From the NCBI RefSeq assembly GCF_009914755.1, contig NC_060929.1: DNA of 64,000 bases, one strand, 5' to 3'. Below are positions 42,523-57,034 of this stretch, one piece after another; within the stretch, counting starts at the first letter, position 1, and every line of letters begins with the position of its first letter. The DNA is from the human T2T-CHM13v2.0 reference genome, Homo sapiens. The notes beneath the pieces were generated by a model, which worked only from the letters and a program-made list of their open reading frames with translations, ran no database searches and had not been told where the DNA came from. Position numbers and translations under genes: made by a program.

Positions 42523-44068
42523 TAAATGAAGATGTTATGAATATTCTTGTGTAAACTGTCAATTTAATTTTTCATGGATAAATAATAACAGTACAAAAAG
42601 GAATATACCTCAACATGAAGAAAACACATGACGAAGCCACGGCTAATATCATACTTAATGGGGAAAACTTGAAAGCATTCCCTCTGAGAACTGGAACAAG
42701 ACAAATATGACCACTTTCACCATTGTACAACATAGTATTGGAAATCCTTGCCAGAGCAATCAGGCAAGAGAAAAAAATAAATGGCATTCAAATTGAAAAG
42801 AAGGAAGTCAAATTATTCCTGTTTTCTGATTATATGATCTTATATCAAGAAAACCCTCAAGACTTCATCAAAAACTCTTGAGATTTGATAAATGACTTCA
42901 GTAAAGTTTCAGGATAGAAAATTAATGCACAGAAATTAGTAGAATTTCTGCATATCAATAATGATGTAGCCAAGGACCAAATCAAGAAGGCAACCCAATT
43001 TACAATAACTGCAAAAAAAAGGTAACAAATAAAATACCTATGAATATATTCAATGAAGGCGGTAAAAGTCTTTTATAAGAACTACAACACAGTGAGGAAA
43101 AAGTCATATGTGACAAAAATAAATGCAAACATATTCTGTATTCATGGATTAGAAGAATCAATATTGTTAAAATGGCCACACTGCCAAAAGCAATTTACAG
43201 ATTCAGTGCAATCTACAGATTCAGTGCAATCTATCAAATTGCTAACATTATTTTTCACATAATTAGAATAAAACAGCCTTAAAATTCATATGAAACCAAA
43301 AAGGAGCCGGATAGCCAAAGCAATTCTAAGCAAATATAACACAGCTGAAAGCATCACATTACCGGACTTCAAATTATATTACACGGACATAGTAACCAAA
43401 AGAGCATGGTAGTGGGATAAAAACAGACATAGATCAAAGGAATAGAATAAAGAACCCAGAAATAATGTCACATTCTTACAACCAACTGATCTTCGGTAAA
43501 GTCAACATAAATAAACATCGGGGAAAAGACATCTTGTTTGATAAATGGTATTGAGAAAACTGGATAGCCGTATGTGGAACAATAAAACTAGATTCATGTT
43601 TCTCATAATATACAAAAATTAACTCAAGATAAATTAAACACCTAAACATAAGACCTGAAACTATAAGAATATCAGAAGAAAACCTTTTAAAAAAAGAAAA
43701 TATCTTCTAGACATTGGCCTAGGCAAAGAATTTATGACCAAGTCTTCAAAAGCAAGCACAACAAAAGCAAAATACACAATGGGACTTAATTACACTACAA
43801 AGTTTCTGCACAAAAGAAAAACAGACAACCTACAGAATGGGAAAAAATATTTTCAAAATATGCGTCCAACAAAGGGCTAATGTCACCAATCTACAAGGAA
43901 CTCAAACAGCTCAACAAGAAAAAGACAAATAACCCCATTAAGATGTTGGCAAAGGACATGAACAGACAATTTTTCAAAAGAAGACATATAGTTAGCCAAC
44001 AAACCTGAAAAAAACGCTCAGCATCACTAGTCACCAGAGAAATGAAAATTATAACCACAATGAGAAAC

Positions 44069-44507
44069 TGAGACTGGCCCAATTGTTCCACAGAATGCAT
44101 TCATTTTATTGAATAAACATCAAAATTGACACTCTCTAGTCTGAAAACTTAAAATTCACATTTGTGTTTTCTGAGTTCCTATATCAGGAAACCACCCTTA
44201 AGAAAGAAACTGAAAATCGTTAGATCACCTCATTCAGAAAATAAGACTCAGACCATCCATCATGATTTCTTCCTTATCCTTCCCTAATTTTCCTTTTCCC
44301 TGTATGTAGTTACATTCCTTCCTTGCTATGTAAATACCCAATTTCAGTCAGTAGAAAGAAATGTGTTTAAGGTTTGGCTCCCATCTCTCTGGCTGATGTC
44401 ACCCAAATAAAAAGTCGTCTTCCCTGGCAATACTCATTGTCTCAGTGATTGTCTTTCTGTGTGGTGAGCAATGAGACATAGACCAAATCCCTGGCATTTT
44501 GACAACA
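44069..44507 (+). mobile_element. Solo LTR (LTR47-like) inserted in L1 ORF2
   Basis: TGAGACTGGCCCAATTGTTCCA ... AATAAA ... TTTTGACAACA; L1 sequence ACCACAATGAGA|..|TCATCTTACACCA is continuous across it. Confidence 0.75.
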
Positions 44508-44856
44508 ATATCATCTTACACCATTCAGAATGGCTATCATTAAAAAGTCAAAAAACAACAGATGTTGACAAAGATGTGGAGAAAAGGGAATGCTTATATG
44601 CTGTTGGTGGGAATGTAAATTAGTACAATCTTTATGGGAGACAGTATGGCAATTTCTCAAATAAGTAAAACTATAATTACCATTAGATCCAGCAATCCCA
44701 CTACTATACTATATAGGGATATGTACTCAAAAAGAAATAAATTATATATCCAAAAGATACTTGCATTCATATATTTATCATAGTATTATTGACAATAGCA
44801 AAGATATGGCATCAGCCTAAGTGTTCATCAACAGGAATGAATAAAGAAAATGTGTT

Positions 44857-44899
<43 letters not shown>

Positions 44900-44991
44900 T
44901 ATATATATGTGTGTTATATATATGTGTTTTATATATATGTGTGTTTTATATATATATATATATATGTGTTATATATATATATATATATATA
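44857..44991. repeat. Compound (TA)n/(TG)n microsatellite
   Basis: Direct inspection. Confidence 0.95.
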
Positions 44992-45342
44992 CACCATGGA
45001 ATGCTACTTAGCCATAACAAATAACCAAATTATGTCTTTTGCAGCAACATAGATTGAACCGTAGACCATTATCTTAACTGAAATGACTCAGAAACAGAAA
45101 GCCAGATAGCACATGTTCTCACTTATAAGCGGGAGCTAAACAATGGGTACACACATACATACAGATTGGGAAAATAGACATTGGAGACTACAAACATGGA
45201 AAGGTGAGGGGAGGGTAAGGGTTGCAAAATTACCAATTGGGTTCAAAGTTTACTATTTGCGTGATAAGTACACCAAAAGCCCAGACTTCACCACTATGCA
45301 ATATATGTTTACAGAAACCTGCATTTGTACCCCCTAAATATA

Positions 45343-46110
45343 GAAGAGTGCAATTGCTGGGTCATAGGCATATATTTATATTTTTAATAAACCAAGAAAC
45401 AATTTCAGAACATAATATATTTTGGGTTTAGTTTCAATTTTCTCGATAATTAATCATGCTGGGAATCTTTTCATGTGTTTACTGGCCATTTATATGTGTG
45501 GGTTTTTTTAGTGTCTAAATCTTTGCCCATTTTTTATTGGGTTATTCGTCTTTTCACTAGTAATTTATAATTCATTAGATACCCTGATACAACTGGTACA
45601 ATGTCAGATATATGTATTATGGTTATTTTCTTCCATGTGTAGCATTTTCATTTTCTCAATGGTTTATTTTGATGAACAGATTTTTTATATTTTAATCAAC
45701 TACAAATAATCTTTTTTGTTTATTCTTCCTCTCTATAAGAAATATTTCCCAACCCTACAGTTGTGAAGATATTTTTTCTATTTCTGTTAGAATCATTACA
45801 GTTATGGTCTTCATCTTTCTGCCCATAATTCATCTTAAATTAAAGTGTAAGATGTGAGGTAGGGATTAAAAGTTATCCCTTTCTTTAGGGATATCCAGGT
45901 ATTAAAATAGGGAAAAAAATAACTTTTTTCAATCTTTGAATTATGTAGTTACCTTTGTTGAAAATCAATTTAGTGAATATGTGTAATCTATTTCTTCACC
46001 ATCTCTTTTGTAGCATTGACATTATTGCATATCCCTACAGGAATTTCACACTCCCTTGATTTTTTTAAGATTTATAGTAAGTTTTTAAATCACTTAATAT
46101 TTTTCTACCT
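45343..46110 (-). mobile_element. Ancient L1ME-like fragment; its other part lies at ~42507-42584
   Basis: GAGTGCAATTGCTGGGTCATAGG, TCTTTTCATGTGTTTACTGGCCATTT, TTTTGATGAACAGA, TGTTGAAAATCAATT. Confidence 0.7.
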
Positions 46111-47039
46111 AATGAATGTACTTGTCCCAACTCTATTGGCTCCAAACCCATTGGCATCATATTGTAAACCACGGTGTCTCTCATAACTTCATTTTAATAG
46201 TTATTCTTGAGGAGCTGACTATATGAAACGGTTTTAAAATCTAAGAAGAATAAAATAGCCCCAAATATATGGATTCATATATAGATAAGCACATTGAATA
46301 GATTCATGAATGACTAAATTATAGACAAAAGTTCTAGTAATCACAATGAATTCAAGCTGATGCTACTTCATCAGTGAATCATACAAAAATAATTTTAAGA
46401 TTAGTTAAGTTAAAAAAAAAAACCTTTTCAAAATATCTTGTTTTGCTTCTTAAATCTCCGGTCCAAGGAGACTTCCTTATTTTGTGTCCTAAAGTGATTC
46501 CTTCCCCCAGCCCTCACTCCTCCACCACATATATTTCATTTCTCCAAAACTTGGTATCTTCAGTTTTCCCTTTCCACAAGTGTATCCTTAATTTCCCAGG
46601 CCAATATCTGTTTTCTTTTCTTTGTGTGGAAACTTGATCAAATTATGCATGCTTAAAAGCAAAACAAAAACAAAAATATAACCTCTCAACATTAATAAAA
46701 GTTACAATCATGTCCCCAACTTACTGCTTTATCTTTTTTCTCTATATAGTCATGTTTCTTGAAATATTAATTTATAACCATTTATGCCATCTACATAATC
46801 ACCTTTCTTTGTATCCTCTTTCAAAATATTTGGCAATGTTTCTTCTTATTTAGCTGGAAGACCCCACTTTATTTTAAATTTCCTTCTATTCCTCCTCAGG
46901 TATTGGAAAAATATTTTTCTTCAGATTACTCTATTTTTCATTAAAACAAGTGCTTTGGAATATGTATAGTTGCTCCTAAACCAATGATGAATACTTTGGA
47001 AAATGGCATGCCTGGATTTAGACTGGTATGTAGAACCTC

Positions 47040-48545
47040 CCAATACATAACACATGAATTTTGCTGATAAGCACAAATCAAAAATTAATGAAATACGGTC
47101 TTGCTTTCAAGAAGTTCACACTCTAATGGAGAAGAAAGCAATTTACATATTTAATATTTGATGGTACATATTTAATTTCCATAATTTAAATTATGGCATT
47201 GTCATAAGTTCTACAACAAGTGTGGAGCACCGTGGAGGTCAACCGACTTATCAATTGCAAAAGGGGAACAATAAAGTCTAAATAGAAGAAAAAATATATT
47301 TGACCTGATTCTTTAAGGATAATTAGATTTTTTCTCCAGTAGATTAAAAGGTCAAATAGCTGTCAAAGTAGAGGCACAGACACAGAGATATATGCACATA
47401 AGTATACAAAGAAAGACAAAGATGCTGGATCATAAACATATCTGATAATTTCTGGGAATCTACTGGAGTTTAGTTGATAACCAATAAAAGGCATATATGT
47501 TTGTATGTGTGCATGTGCCCAGAAGAGTCAGGATATGATAGGAATGTAGATTAAATTTAAACTATGAAAAGCCTTACATTAATTTATAAGAATTTGACAG
47601 TATATCCTCTTATTTGTTGAAGGTATTTCAACAAATTTAAGTAAGGGAGAATCAGAAAACTACAGGATTAGAATGTTTTGGTGGGAGGAAGGGATTTTAA
47701 GTCTGACAAGAAAGTAGAAAAAAGACTAGAGTTCTAAGAAAAAGGAAGCAGGTAGAACACTTACAATAGTAATCTCCAAATGTCTCTGATCATAAGACCC
47801 AGTCAAGGCATCTGTTTAAGAACTGTCTTCTCAAGGCCCTGCATTTAAATTTATGACTCGCTGGTTGGGAAGTGGAGCTGTAGGATGTAGAGTTTAACAT
47901 AATTTTTCTTTTTTATGGTCATGAAAACTTGGAAAACATTGAATTGGGAGATATTTTCAATGGCTAGGTTAGAAAGTGAGCAAGGTAATCTAAGGTAGTG
48001 AATGTGGGTATGGAGAAGGAGGATACTGTCAACTGTGGGCTCTGAGATATAATTTAAGAATTGACATTTGATTTGACAGAATTGATTAGATTTTGGTAAT
48101 GAGGAAAATGAAGGTAGGAGTTGCAAATCCTCCCAAAATTTCTAGTTCCTCCTGTGTTCTTGGCAGACTCTGTGATCTCATTTCTTCCTAACCTCCCCAG
48201 ATACTTTACTCTGGTCCACTGTTTCTCAAACATACTACCATTTCAGTGTTTCTGTATTTCTTGTTTCCTGGAATTCTCATTTCTAAGTCATCCATGTGGC
48301 TTACTCTTCAATATCGCTCAGGTCTCTGCTTATATGCTACTTCATCTGAGACCTTCAAGACCATTTCATATAAAGTAGCACATCTATGCCTCTATCCATG
48401 CTCTGTGTTAATTTTCTTCATATCACTAAACTTTTTTTTTCTTTTTGTCCTTTTTTAAACTATAGAATTCAAGCTCTATGAGTTCTGGGGACTTGGCACA
48501 GCCTGGGAAAATGTTAATGCTCAATAATTTGGTCAACGGATGAAA
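47040..48545. mobile_element. L2 fragments (minus ~47040-48120; plus ~48140-48545)
   Basis: CTTGCTTTCAAGAAGTTCACACTCTAATGG; TAAAGTAGCAC..CTATAGAATTCAAGCTCTATGAG..GCTCAATAATTTGGTCAACGGATGAA. Confidence 0.55.
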
Positions 48546-49719
48546 GATTCTAAGACAAACATATAAAAGTAAAGATTGATATAGCCTTTAAGACTCAAGA
48601 AAATAATCTCAAATGTTGGCCTTTCAGGCACCTTTATAGGCTGTAAGAGGATAATTTTGGGTGTTGAGCCCTTTTCTACTTTTGACAGAAATAACACATA
48701 TAGATAGTCATCTATAAAAACGTCTCACTCAAATATGTTACATATTCTATTTGAGAAAGAAATAACCTGTAAATATCAATGGTATTTAAAAAATCTAGCT
48801 AACTCATAAGAGAAAGTTTCAATTTTCATGCTTATTTCTAATGTAAACACTGTAATATAAAATGGCCCATCTGAATTGCCAAAAGAATTAAAATTTCAGT
48901 TCCATGCTGTATCTCCCTTAACTTAGGTTCATTGTTTTTTTCAAGTAACGCTCTTAAATTAAAATTACTCCTGGGAATTTTCTGTAAAATACAAACAGAT
49001 TTGATACCTCTTTTTAAGGAACCCTGACAATTTATTCGGTTTTGTCAGTATATTTACTTTGTGTGAAACCACAGACTTCAACGGTGCAGATACCAAACTG
49101 AGTTTTGAATAAAAGATACAATGCAGTGATTTATTCTGAGGGGTAATGAGCCAGCATTCTGCAATTTCACATTAGATTGTTGGCTGCAACAATAAGCCTC
49201 TTTCAAGAAATGAAATAAATAGGACTGATGGAAAATTTTTAGAAATTAAATCACCCACAACAAATAGGGACAATACACGAGAAATCTTTGCTATGTATTT
49301 GGATATATATCATTCATAAATGCAGCCGCTTTCTAAGAAGCCAGCAGAATCTGAATGCTTTTGAAAGCCTAGATACTCTACATGGATATGTTTTCAAATA
49401 AAGCGTATATGAATTTAACATAATTTTATACAGTACATTTGAACATACATAGAAAATCTACCTTTTAGAAACACTTTAAGTATGAAAATGATGTTTTATA
49501 AATTTGTTCCTCAAAGTCAATTTCAGTTTTTATAACATGAGACTTTCTTTCTTAAAAGACAAAAACTGTAAGATTGTAAATTTGAGTAATGTTGAAAAAA
49601 GGAAAAGAGTACGTGGGGCAAATCCTCAGCCATAAAAAAAAAATCAGTTTTAGGAACAAATTCTCATCATTACCAAATATTTGCTTTTTATTTATTGATT
49701 GATTTTTAATGTGATATTT

Positions 49720-50985
<1,266 letters not shown>

Positions 50986-53900
50986 ATTTTTAACTAGGAA
51001 TACCTAGTTTTAACTTCATATCACTGAAAGAAGCACTGAAGAGATAGGAAAAACAGTCTTGAATCACCAACATCACCCCTCCCCTAATCCTCCAACAGTG
51101 GCGGCATTATGCGGAGAGCATTTCAGTGTCCTGGAATGAAGGAAAGCCAGCAGTTGTGAGGCATTGAACTCAGCACTGCCTTTGTTATAGGAAAAAGCAA
51201 AACTATACCAAACTCAGCTAAAGCCCACCCACAGGGGGAACATTTGAAACAGCCCTAGCCAGAGGGAAGTTGCTGATCCCAGGGGTTGGACCTTGAGTTT
51301 CCACGAGTCTTGTTACCACGGGCTAAAGTACTCTGGAGGCCCTAATAAACTTGAAAATCAGTCTAGGCCACAAAGACTGCAACATCTGAGTGAGTCCTAG
51401 GGCTGAACTGGGCCCAGAGACAGTGGACTGGGGGTTCACATGACCTACTGAGATACCAGCCAGGGTGGCTAAAGAAATGCTGGTGTCACCCCTCCCTTAA
51501 CCTCAGTCTGAACAGCTCACAGCTCCAAAAGAGACACTTTCTTTTTGTCTAAGGAAAGGAGATGCAAGGGTGGGGAGGATTTTGTCTTGCATCTTGGTTA
51601 CTAGCTCATCCATAGCAGGATAAGGCACCAGTCAGAGACATAAGGCTCACTTTCCAGGCCCTAGCTCCCAGGCATTTCTAGACACCCTGGGCCATGGGAA
51701 GGGAACCTGGTGCCTATAGGGGAAGCACCTGGGCTTGGCAGAATTTGTCATCTGCTAGTTTAAGAGAACTTGGACCCTAAATAACCAGCAGTGATATGCA
51801 GGAAGTACATTGAGAGCCTTGGGTGAGACACTGAGACTAGTTGGCTTCAGGTGAGACTCAGCACATTTCCAGCTGTGGTGACTACGGGCAAGACTCCTTC
51901 TGCTTGAGAAAAGTGGAGGGAAAAGTAAATGAGACTTTGACTTGCACCTTAGCTAACAGTTTGGCTAGAGAAGGTAGAGCACCAAGCAGGTTCCTCAGTT
52001 CCCTGACTCCAGGACTTGGGTCTTGGACAGGAGTTCTGGAACTGCCCAGGGCCAGAGTGGAGCCCACTCCCCTGAAGGGTGAGTCCCAGGCCAGGCAGCA
52101 TTCACCACAAGCTGTTGGAAGAGCCACTGGGCCTTCAAGGTACATCAGCAGTAATCTGGCAGGTACTCTCTGTGGGTCTCAATTAGTGGTGTCCAAGGAG
52201 TAAGGTTCCTCTGCCCTTGAAAAGGGGAGGGAAGAGTGGGAAAAACTGCCACCTGTGGTTTGAGTTCCAGCTCAGCTGCAGTACAGCAGAAACCCAAGTA
52301 CATTTCTAAGTTTTTGACTCTAGTCTTGGCTCCCAGACAGCACCTCTGAGCCTGCCTGGGGCTTGGGGAAACTCACCATCCTGAAGGGAAGAATATAAGT
52401 CTGGCCGATTTTGCCAACTGATGATTTTAGAGCCCCAGGGCTTTGAGCAAACATACTCAGTAGCCAGGGAGTGGTTACAGTGGGCCTTGGGTGAGACTCA
52501 TTGCTGTGATGACTTTAAGTCTGACTCAGTGCAATCCTAGGGGCAGTGGCCACAGGGGTCCTTGGGTCATTCCACACCCAGATGCAGGTGGCTCAGAACA
52601 GAGAGAGAAACTCCATTGTTTAGGAAAAAATAAGGGGAGAAAACAAAGGTCTCTGATTGCTAATCCAGAGAATTCTTCTGGATCTTGGCCAAGACTGTCA
52701 AGGTGCTACCTCTATGAGTCTGCAAGGACCACAGTGTTAATGAGTTTGGGGTGCCCCTTAAAGCAGATACAGCTTAGATTACAACACCTAAGTCCTTTTG
52801 AATACTTGGAAATCCTTCCCAAGAAGGATGGGTACAAACAAGCCAAGACTCCAAAGACTACAATAAATACCTAACTCTTCAATGTCCAGACACAGATGAA
52901 CATATAAAAGTATTAAGATGATCCAAGAAACATGAGCTCACCAAATAGACTAAATAAGTCACCAGAGACCAACCCTGGTGAAACAGATCTATGTGATCTT
53001 TTAGACAGTGAATTCAAAATAGCTCTTTTAAGGATACTCAACAAAATTCAAGATAACACAGATAAGGAATTTAGAATTCCTTCAGATAAAATTAACAGGA
53101 ATCAAGCAGAAATTCTGGAGATGAAAAATGCAATTGATGTATTGAAGAATGCATTAGAGTCTTTTAATAGCAGAATTAATCAAGCAGAAGAAAGAATTAG
53201 TAACCTTGAACACAGGCTATTTGAAAATACTTGATCAGAAGAAACAAAATATTTGCCTCGGAAGGGCAAATATAAGAGTTATTGGCCTTAAGAGGATATA
53301 GAGAAAGCAATAGGGGTAGAAAGTAAGGGTTAATAACAGAGAACTTCCCAAACCTAGAGAAAGATATCAATATCCAATATTTTTCAAAATATTATCAACA
53401 TCCAAGTACAAGTTATAGAATGCAAAGCAGATTTAACCTAAAGAAGACTGCCTCAGACATTTAATACTCAAACTCACAAAAGTCAAGGATAAAAAAAAAG
53501 ATTCTAAAAGAAGCAAGAGAAAATAAACAAATAACAACAATAGAGCTCCAATACATCTAGAAGTAGACTTTTTGTGGAAACTTTACAGACTGGGAGAGAG
53601 TGACATGACATATTTAAAGTGCTGAAGAGAAAAACAAACAAACAAAAAACTCTTTTACCTTAGAATAGTATATCTGGTGAAAATATTCTTCAGCCATGAA
53701 GATGAAATAAAGTCTTTCCCAGACAAACAAAAGCTGAGAGATTTCATCGACACCAGACCTGTCCTACCAGATATGCTAAAGGGAATACTTCAGTCAGAAA
53801 GTAAAGGATGTTAGTGAGCAATAAGTAATAAGACACAAAACTCACTAGTTATAGTAAATATGCAGAAAAACAGAATATTATAACAGTGTATCATTGGTGT

Positions 53901-54312
53901 GTAAATTACTCTTATCCTAAGTAAATGACTAAGTGATGAACCAATAAAAATAGTAATTACAACAACTTTTTAAGACATAGTACAATAAGATATAAATAGT
54001 AACAGCAAAACATTAAAAAGCAGGGAAACAAAGTTAAGGCATAGTCTTTATTAATTTTCTTTTTGCTTATTTGTTTATGTAAACAATATTAACTTGTTTT
54101 CAGTTTTAAATAATGGATTTTAAGATAGTATTTGCAAACCTCATGGTAATTTCAAACCAATAACCATATAACAGATACACCAAAAATAAAAAGGAAGAAA
54201 ACAAATCATATCACCAGAGAAAAGCACCTTCACCAAAAGGAAGGCAAGAAGGAAAAGAAGACTGCAAAACATTGAGAAAACAAATTAAAAAATGGCGGAA
54301 GTAAGTACTACT

Positions 54313-54329
54313 TGTGCCGTGACTCGGAT
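54313..54329 (+). promoter_or_regulatory. HERV-H primer-binding site (tRNA-His), one G short of canonical
   Basis: TGTGCCGTGACTCGGAT versus canonical TGGTGCCGTGACTCGGAT. Confidence 0.9.
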
Positions 54330-54452
54330 CGGGGGACCTCCCTTGGGAGATCAATCCCCTGTACTCCTGTTCTTTGCTCCATGAGAAAGATCCACCTATG
54401 ACCTCAGGTCCTCAGACCGACCAGCCCAAGGGACATCTCACCAATTTTAAAT

Positions 54453-54461
54453 CAGGTAAGT
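54453..54461 (+). promoter_or_regulatory. HERV-H major splice donor
   Basis: CAG|GTAAGT consensus about 140 bp downstream of the PBS, where the HERV-H leader donor is known to lie. Confidence 0.75.
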
Positions 54462-54734
54462 GGCCTCTTCTTACTCTCTTCTCCAGCCTCTCTCACTGTC
54501 CCTCAACCACTTTCTCCTTTCTAGTCTTCAATCTCTCCCTTCTCTTAATTTCAATTCCTTTCATTTTCTGGGAGAGACAAAGGAGACACGTTTCATCCGT
54601 GGACCCAAAACTCCGGCGCCAGTCACGGACTGGGAAGGCAGCCTTCCCTTGGTGTTTAATCATTGCAGGGACACCTCTCTGATTATTCACCCACGTTTCA
54701 AAGGTGTCAGACCATGCAGGGATGCCTGCCTTGG

Positions 54735-55345
54735 TCCTTCACCCTTAGTGGCAAGTCCCGCTTTTCTGGGGAAGGGGCAAGTACCCCAACCCCTTCTCTC
54801 CTTGTCTCTACCCCTTCTCTGCTTTTCTGGGAAAGGGGCAAGTACCCCAAACCCTTCTCTCCTTGTCTCTATCCCTTCTCTGCTTTTCTGGGGAAGGGGC
54901 AAGTACCCCAACCCCTTCTCTTCTTGTCTCTACCCCTTCTCTCCTTGTCTCTACCACTTCTCTGCTTTTCTGGGGAACGGGCAAGTACCCCTCAACCCCT
55001 TCTCCTTCACCCTTAGCGGCAAGTCCCGCTTTTCTGGGGGAGGGGCAAATACCCTTCAACCCCTTCTCCTTCACCCTTAGTGGCAAGTCCCGCTTTTCTG
55101 AGGGAGGGGCAAGTACCCCTCAACCCCTTCTCTTTCACCCTTAGTGGCAAGTCCCGCTTTCCTAGTGGGCAAGAACCCCCCAATCGCTTATTTCCACACC
55201 CCAACCTCTTATCTCTGTGCCCCAATCCCTTATTTCAGCACCCTGACCTCTTATCTCTGTGCCCCAATCCCTTATTTCTGTGCCCCAACCCCTTCTCTGC
55301 TTTTCTGGAGGGCAAGAACCCCTCACCCCTTCTCCGTGTCTCTAC
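54735..55345 (+). repeat. HERV-H leader/pre-gag tandem repeats (~58-62-bp and ~38-bp units)
   Basis: Repeated GCTTTTCTGGGGAAGGGGCAAGTACCCC..AACCCCTTCTC, CACCCTTAGTGGCAAGTCCC and CCTCTTATCTCTGTGCCCCAATCCCTTATTTC. Confidence 0.9.
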
Positions 55346-56189
55346 TCTTTTCTCTGGGCTTGCCTCCTTCACTATGGGTAAGCTTCCACCTTCCATTCCT
55401 CCTACTTCTCCCTTAGCCTGTGTTCTCAAAAACTTAAAACCTCTTCTCACACCTGACCTAAAACCTAAATGCCTTATTTTCTTCTGCAATGCCGCTTGAC
55501 CCCAATACAAACTCGACAGTAGTGCCAAATAGCCAGAAAATGGCACTTTGAATTTTTCCATCCTGCAAAATCTAAATAATTCTTTTCATAAAATAGGCAA
55601 ATGGTCTGCGGTGCCTGACATCCAGGCATTCTTTTACACATTAGTCCCTTCCTAGTCTCTGTGTCCAGTGCAACTCATCCCAAATCTTCCTTCTTTCCCT
55701 CCCACCTGTCCCCTCAATACCAACCCCAAGCGTCACTGAGTCTTTCTAATCTTCCTTTTCTACAGACCCATCTGACCTCTCCCTTCCTCCCCAGGCTGCT
55801 CCTTGCCAGGCCGAGCTAGGTCCCAATTCTTCCTCAGCCTCCGCTCCTCCACCCTATAATCTTTTTATTACCTCCCCTCCTCACACCTGGTCCGGCTTAC
55901 AGTTTCATTCTGTGACTAGCCCTCCCCCACCTGCCAAGCAATTTACTCTTAAAAAGGTGGCTGGAGCCAAAGGCATAGTCAAGTTTAATGCTCCTTTTTC
56001 TTTATCCCAAATCAGATAGCGTTTAGGCTTTTTCATCAAATATAAAAATCCAGCTCAGTTCATGGCTCGTTTGGCAGCAACCCTGAGACGCTTTACAGCC
56101 CTAGACCCTAAAAGGTCAAAAGGCCGTCTTATTCTCAACATACATTTTATTACCCAATCTGCTCCCGACATTAAATAAAACTCCAAAAA

Positions 56190-56480
56190 TTGGAATCTGG
56201 CCCTCAAACCCCACAACAGGACTTAATTAACCTCACCTTCAAGGTGTACAATAATAGAAAAAAGTTGCAATTTCTTGCCTCCACTGTGAGACAAACCCCA
56301 GCCACATTTCCAGCACACAAGAACTTCCAAACGCCTAAACCACAGCAGCCAGCTGTTCCTCCAGAACCTCCTCCCACAAGAGCTTGCTACACATGCCGGA
56401 AATCTGGCCACTGGGCCAAGGAATGCCTGCAGCCCGGGATTCCTCCTAAGCCACGTCCCATCTGTGTGGGACCCCACTGA
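56190..56480 (+). pseudogene. gag: HERV-H gag nucleocapsid remnant
   Basis: CCHC knuckle CYTCRKSGHWAKEC, followed by a damaged second knuckle (RPICVGPH*). Confidence 0.9.
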
Positions 56481-56656
56481 AAATCGGACTGTTCAACTCA
56501 CCTGGCAGCCACTCCCAGAGCCCCTGGAACTCTGGCCCAAGGCTCTCTGACTCCTTCCCAGATCTTTTCGGCTTAGCGGCTGAAGACTGACACTGCCCGA
56601 TCGCCTCGGAAGCCCCCTAGACCATCACGGACGCCGAGCTTCAGGTAACTCTCACA

Positions 56657-56881
56657 GTGGAAGGTAAGCCCGTCCCCTTCTTAATCAATATGGAGGCTAC
56701 CCACTCCACATTACCTTCTTTTCAAGGGCCTGTTTCCCTTGCCTCCATAACTGTTGTGGGTATTGACGGCCAGGCTTCTAAACCTCTTAAAACTCCCCAA
56801 CTCTGGTGCCAACTTAGACAATACTCTTTTAAGCACTCCTTTTTAGTTATCCCCACTTGCCCAGTTCCCTTATTAGGCTGA
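56657..56881 (+). pseudogene. pro: HERV-H protease remnant, catalytically dead
   Basis: GKPVPFLINMEATHSTL (position of the DTGA active site) and ITVVGIDG flap; stop after PVPLLG. Confidence 0.85.
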
Positions 56882-57034
56882 GACACTTTAACTAAATTAT
56901 CCGCTTCCCTGACCATTCCTGGACTACAGCTATATCTCATTGCCGCCCTTCTTCCCAATCCAAAGCCTCCTTTGCGTCCTCCTCTTGTATCCCCCCACCT
57001 TAACCCACAAGTATAAGATACCTCTACTCCCTCC

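Larger units (their letters stand above)
42590..45340 (+). mobile_element. 5'-truncated L1PB/late-L1PA-like element (ORF2 RT to 3'UTR), interrupted by an LTR and a microsatellite
   Basis: TTGAAAGCATTCCCTCTGAGAACTGGAACAAGACAA, TTTTCTGATTATATGATC (FADDM region), AGCCCAGACTTCACCACTATGCAATAT, TGTACCCCCTAAAT; many stops and frameshifts. Confidence 0.9.

Noticed and set aside
54374-55561. Dense overlapping ORFs (up to 206 aa) and a regularly spaced repeat resembling a CRISPR-like array
   Set aside because: This is the HERV-H leader tandem repeat: no unique spacers, no cas genes, eukaryotic context.
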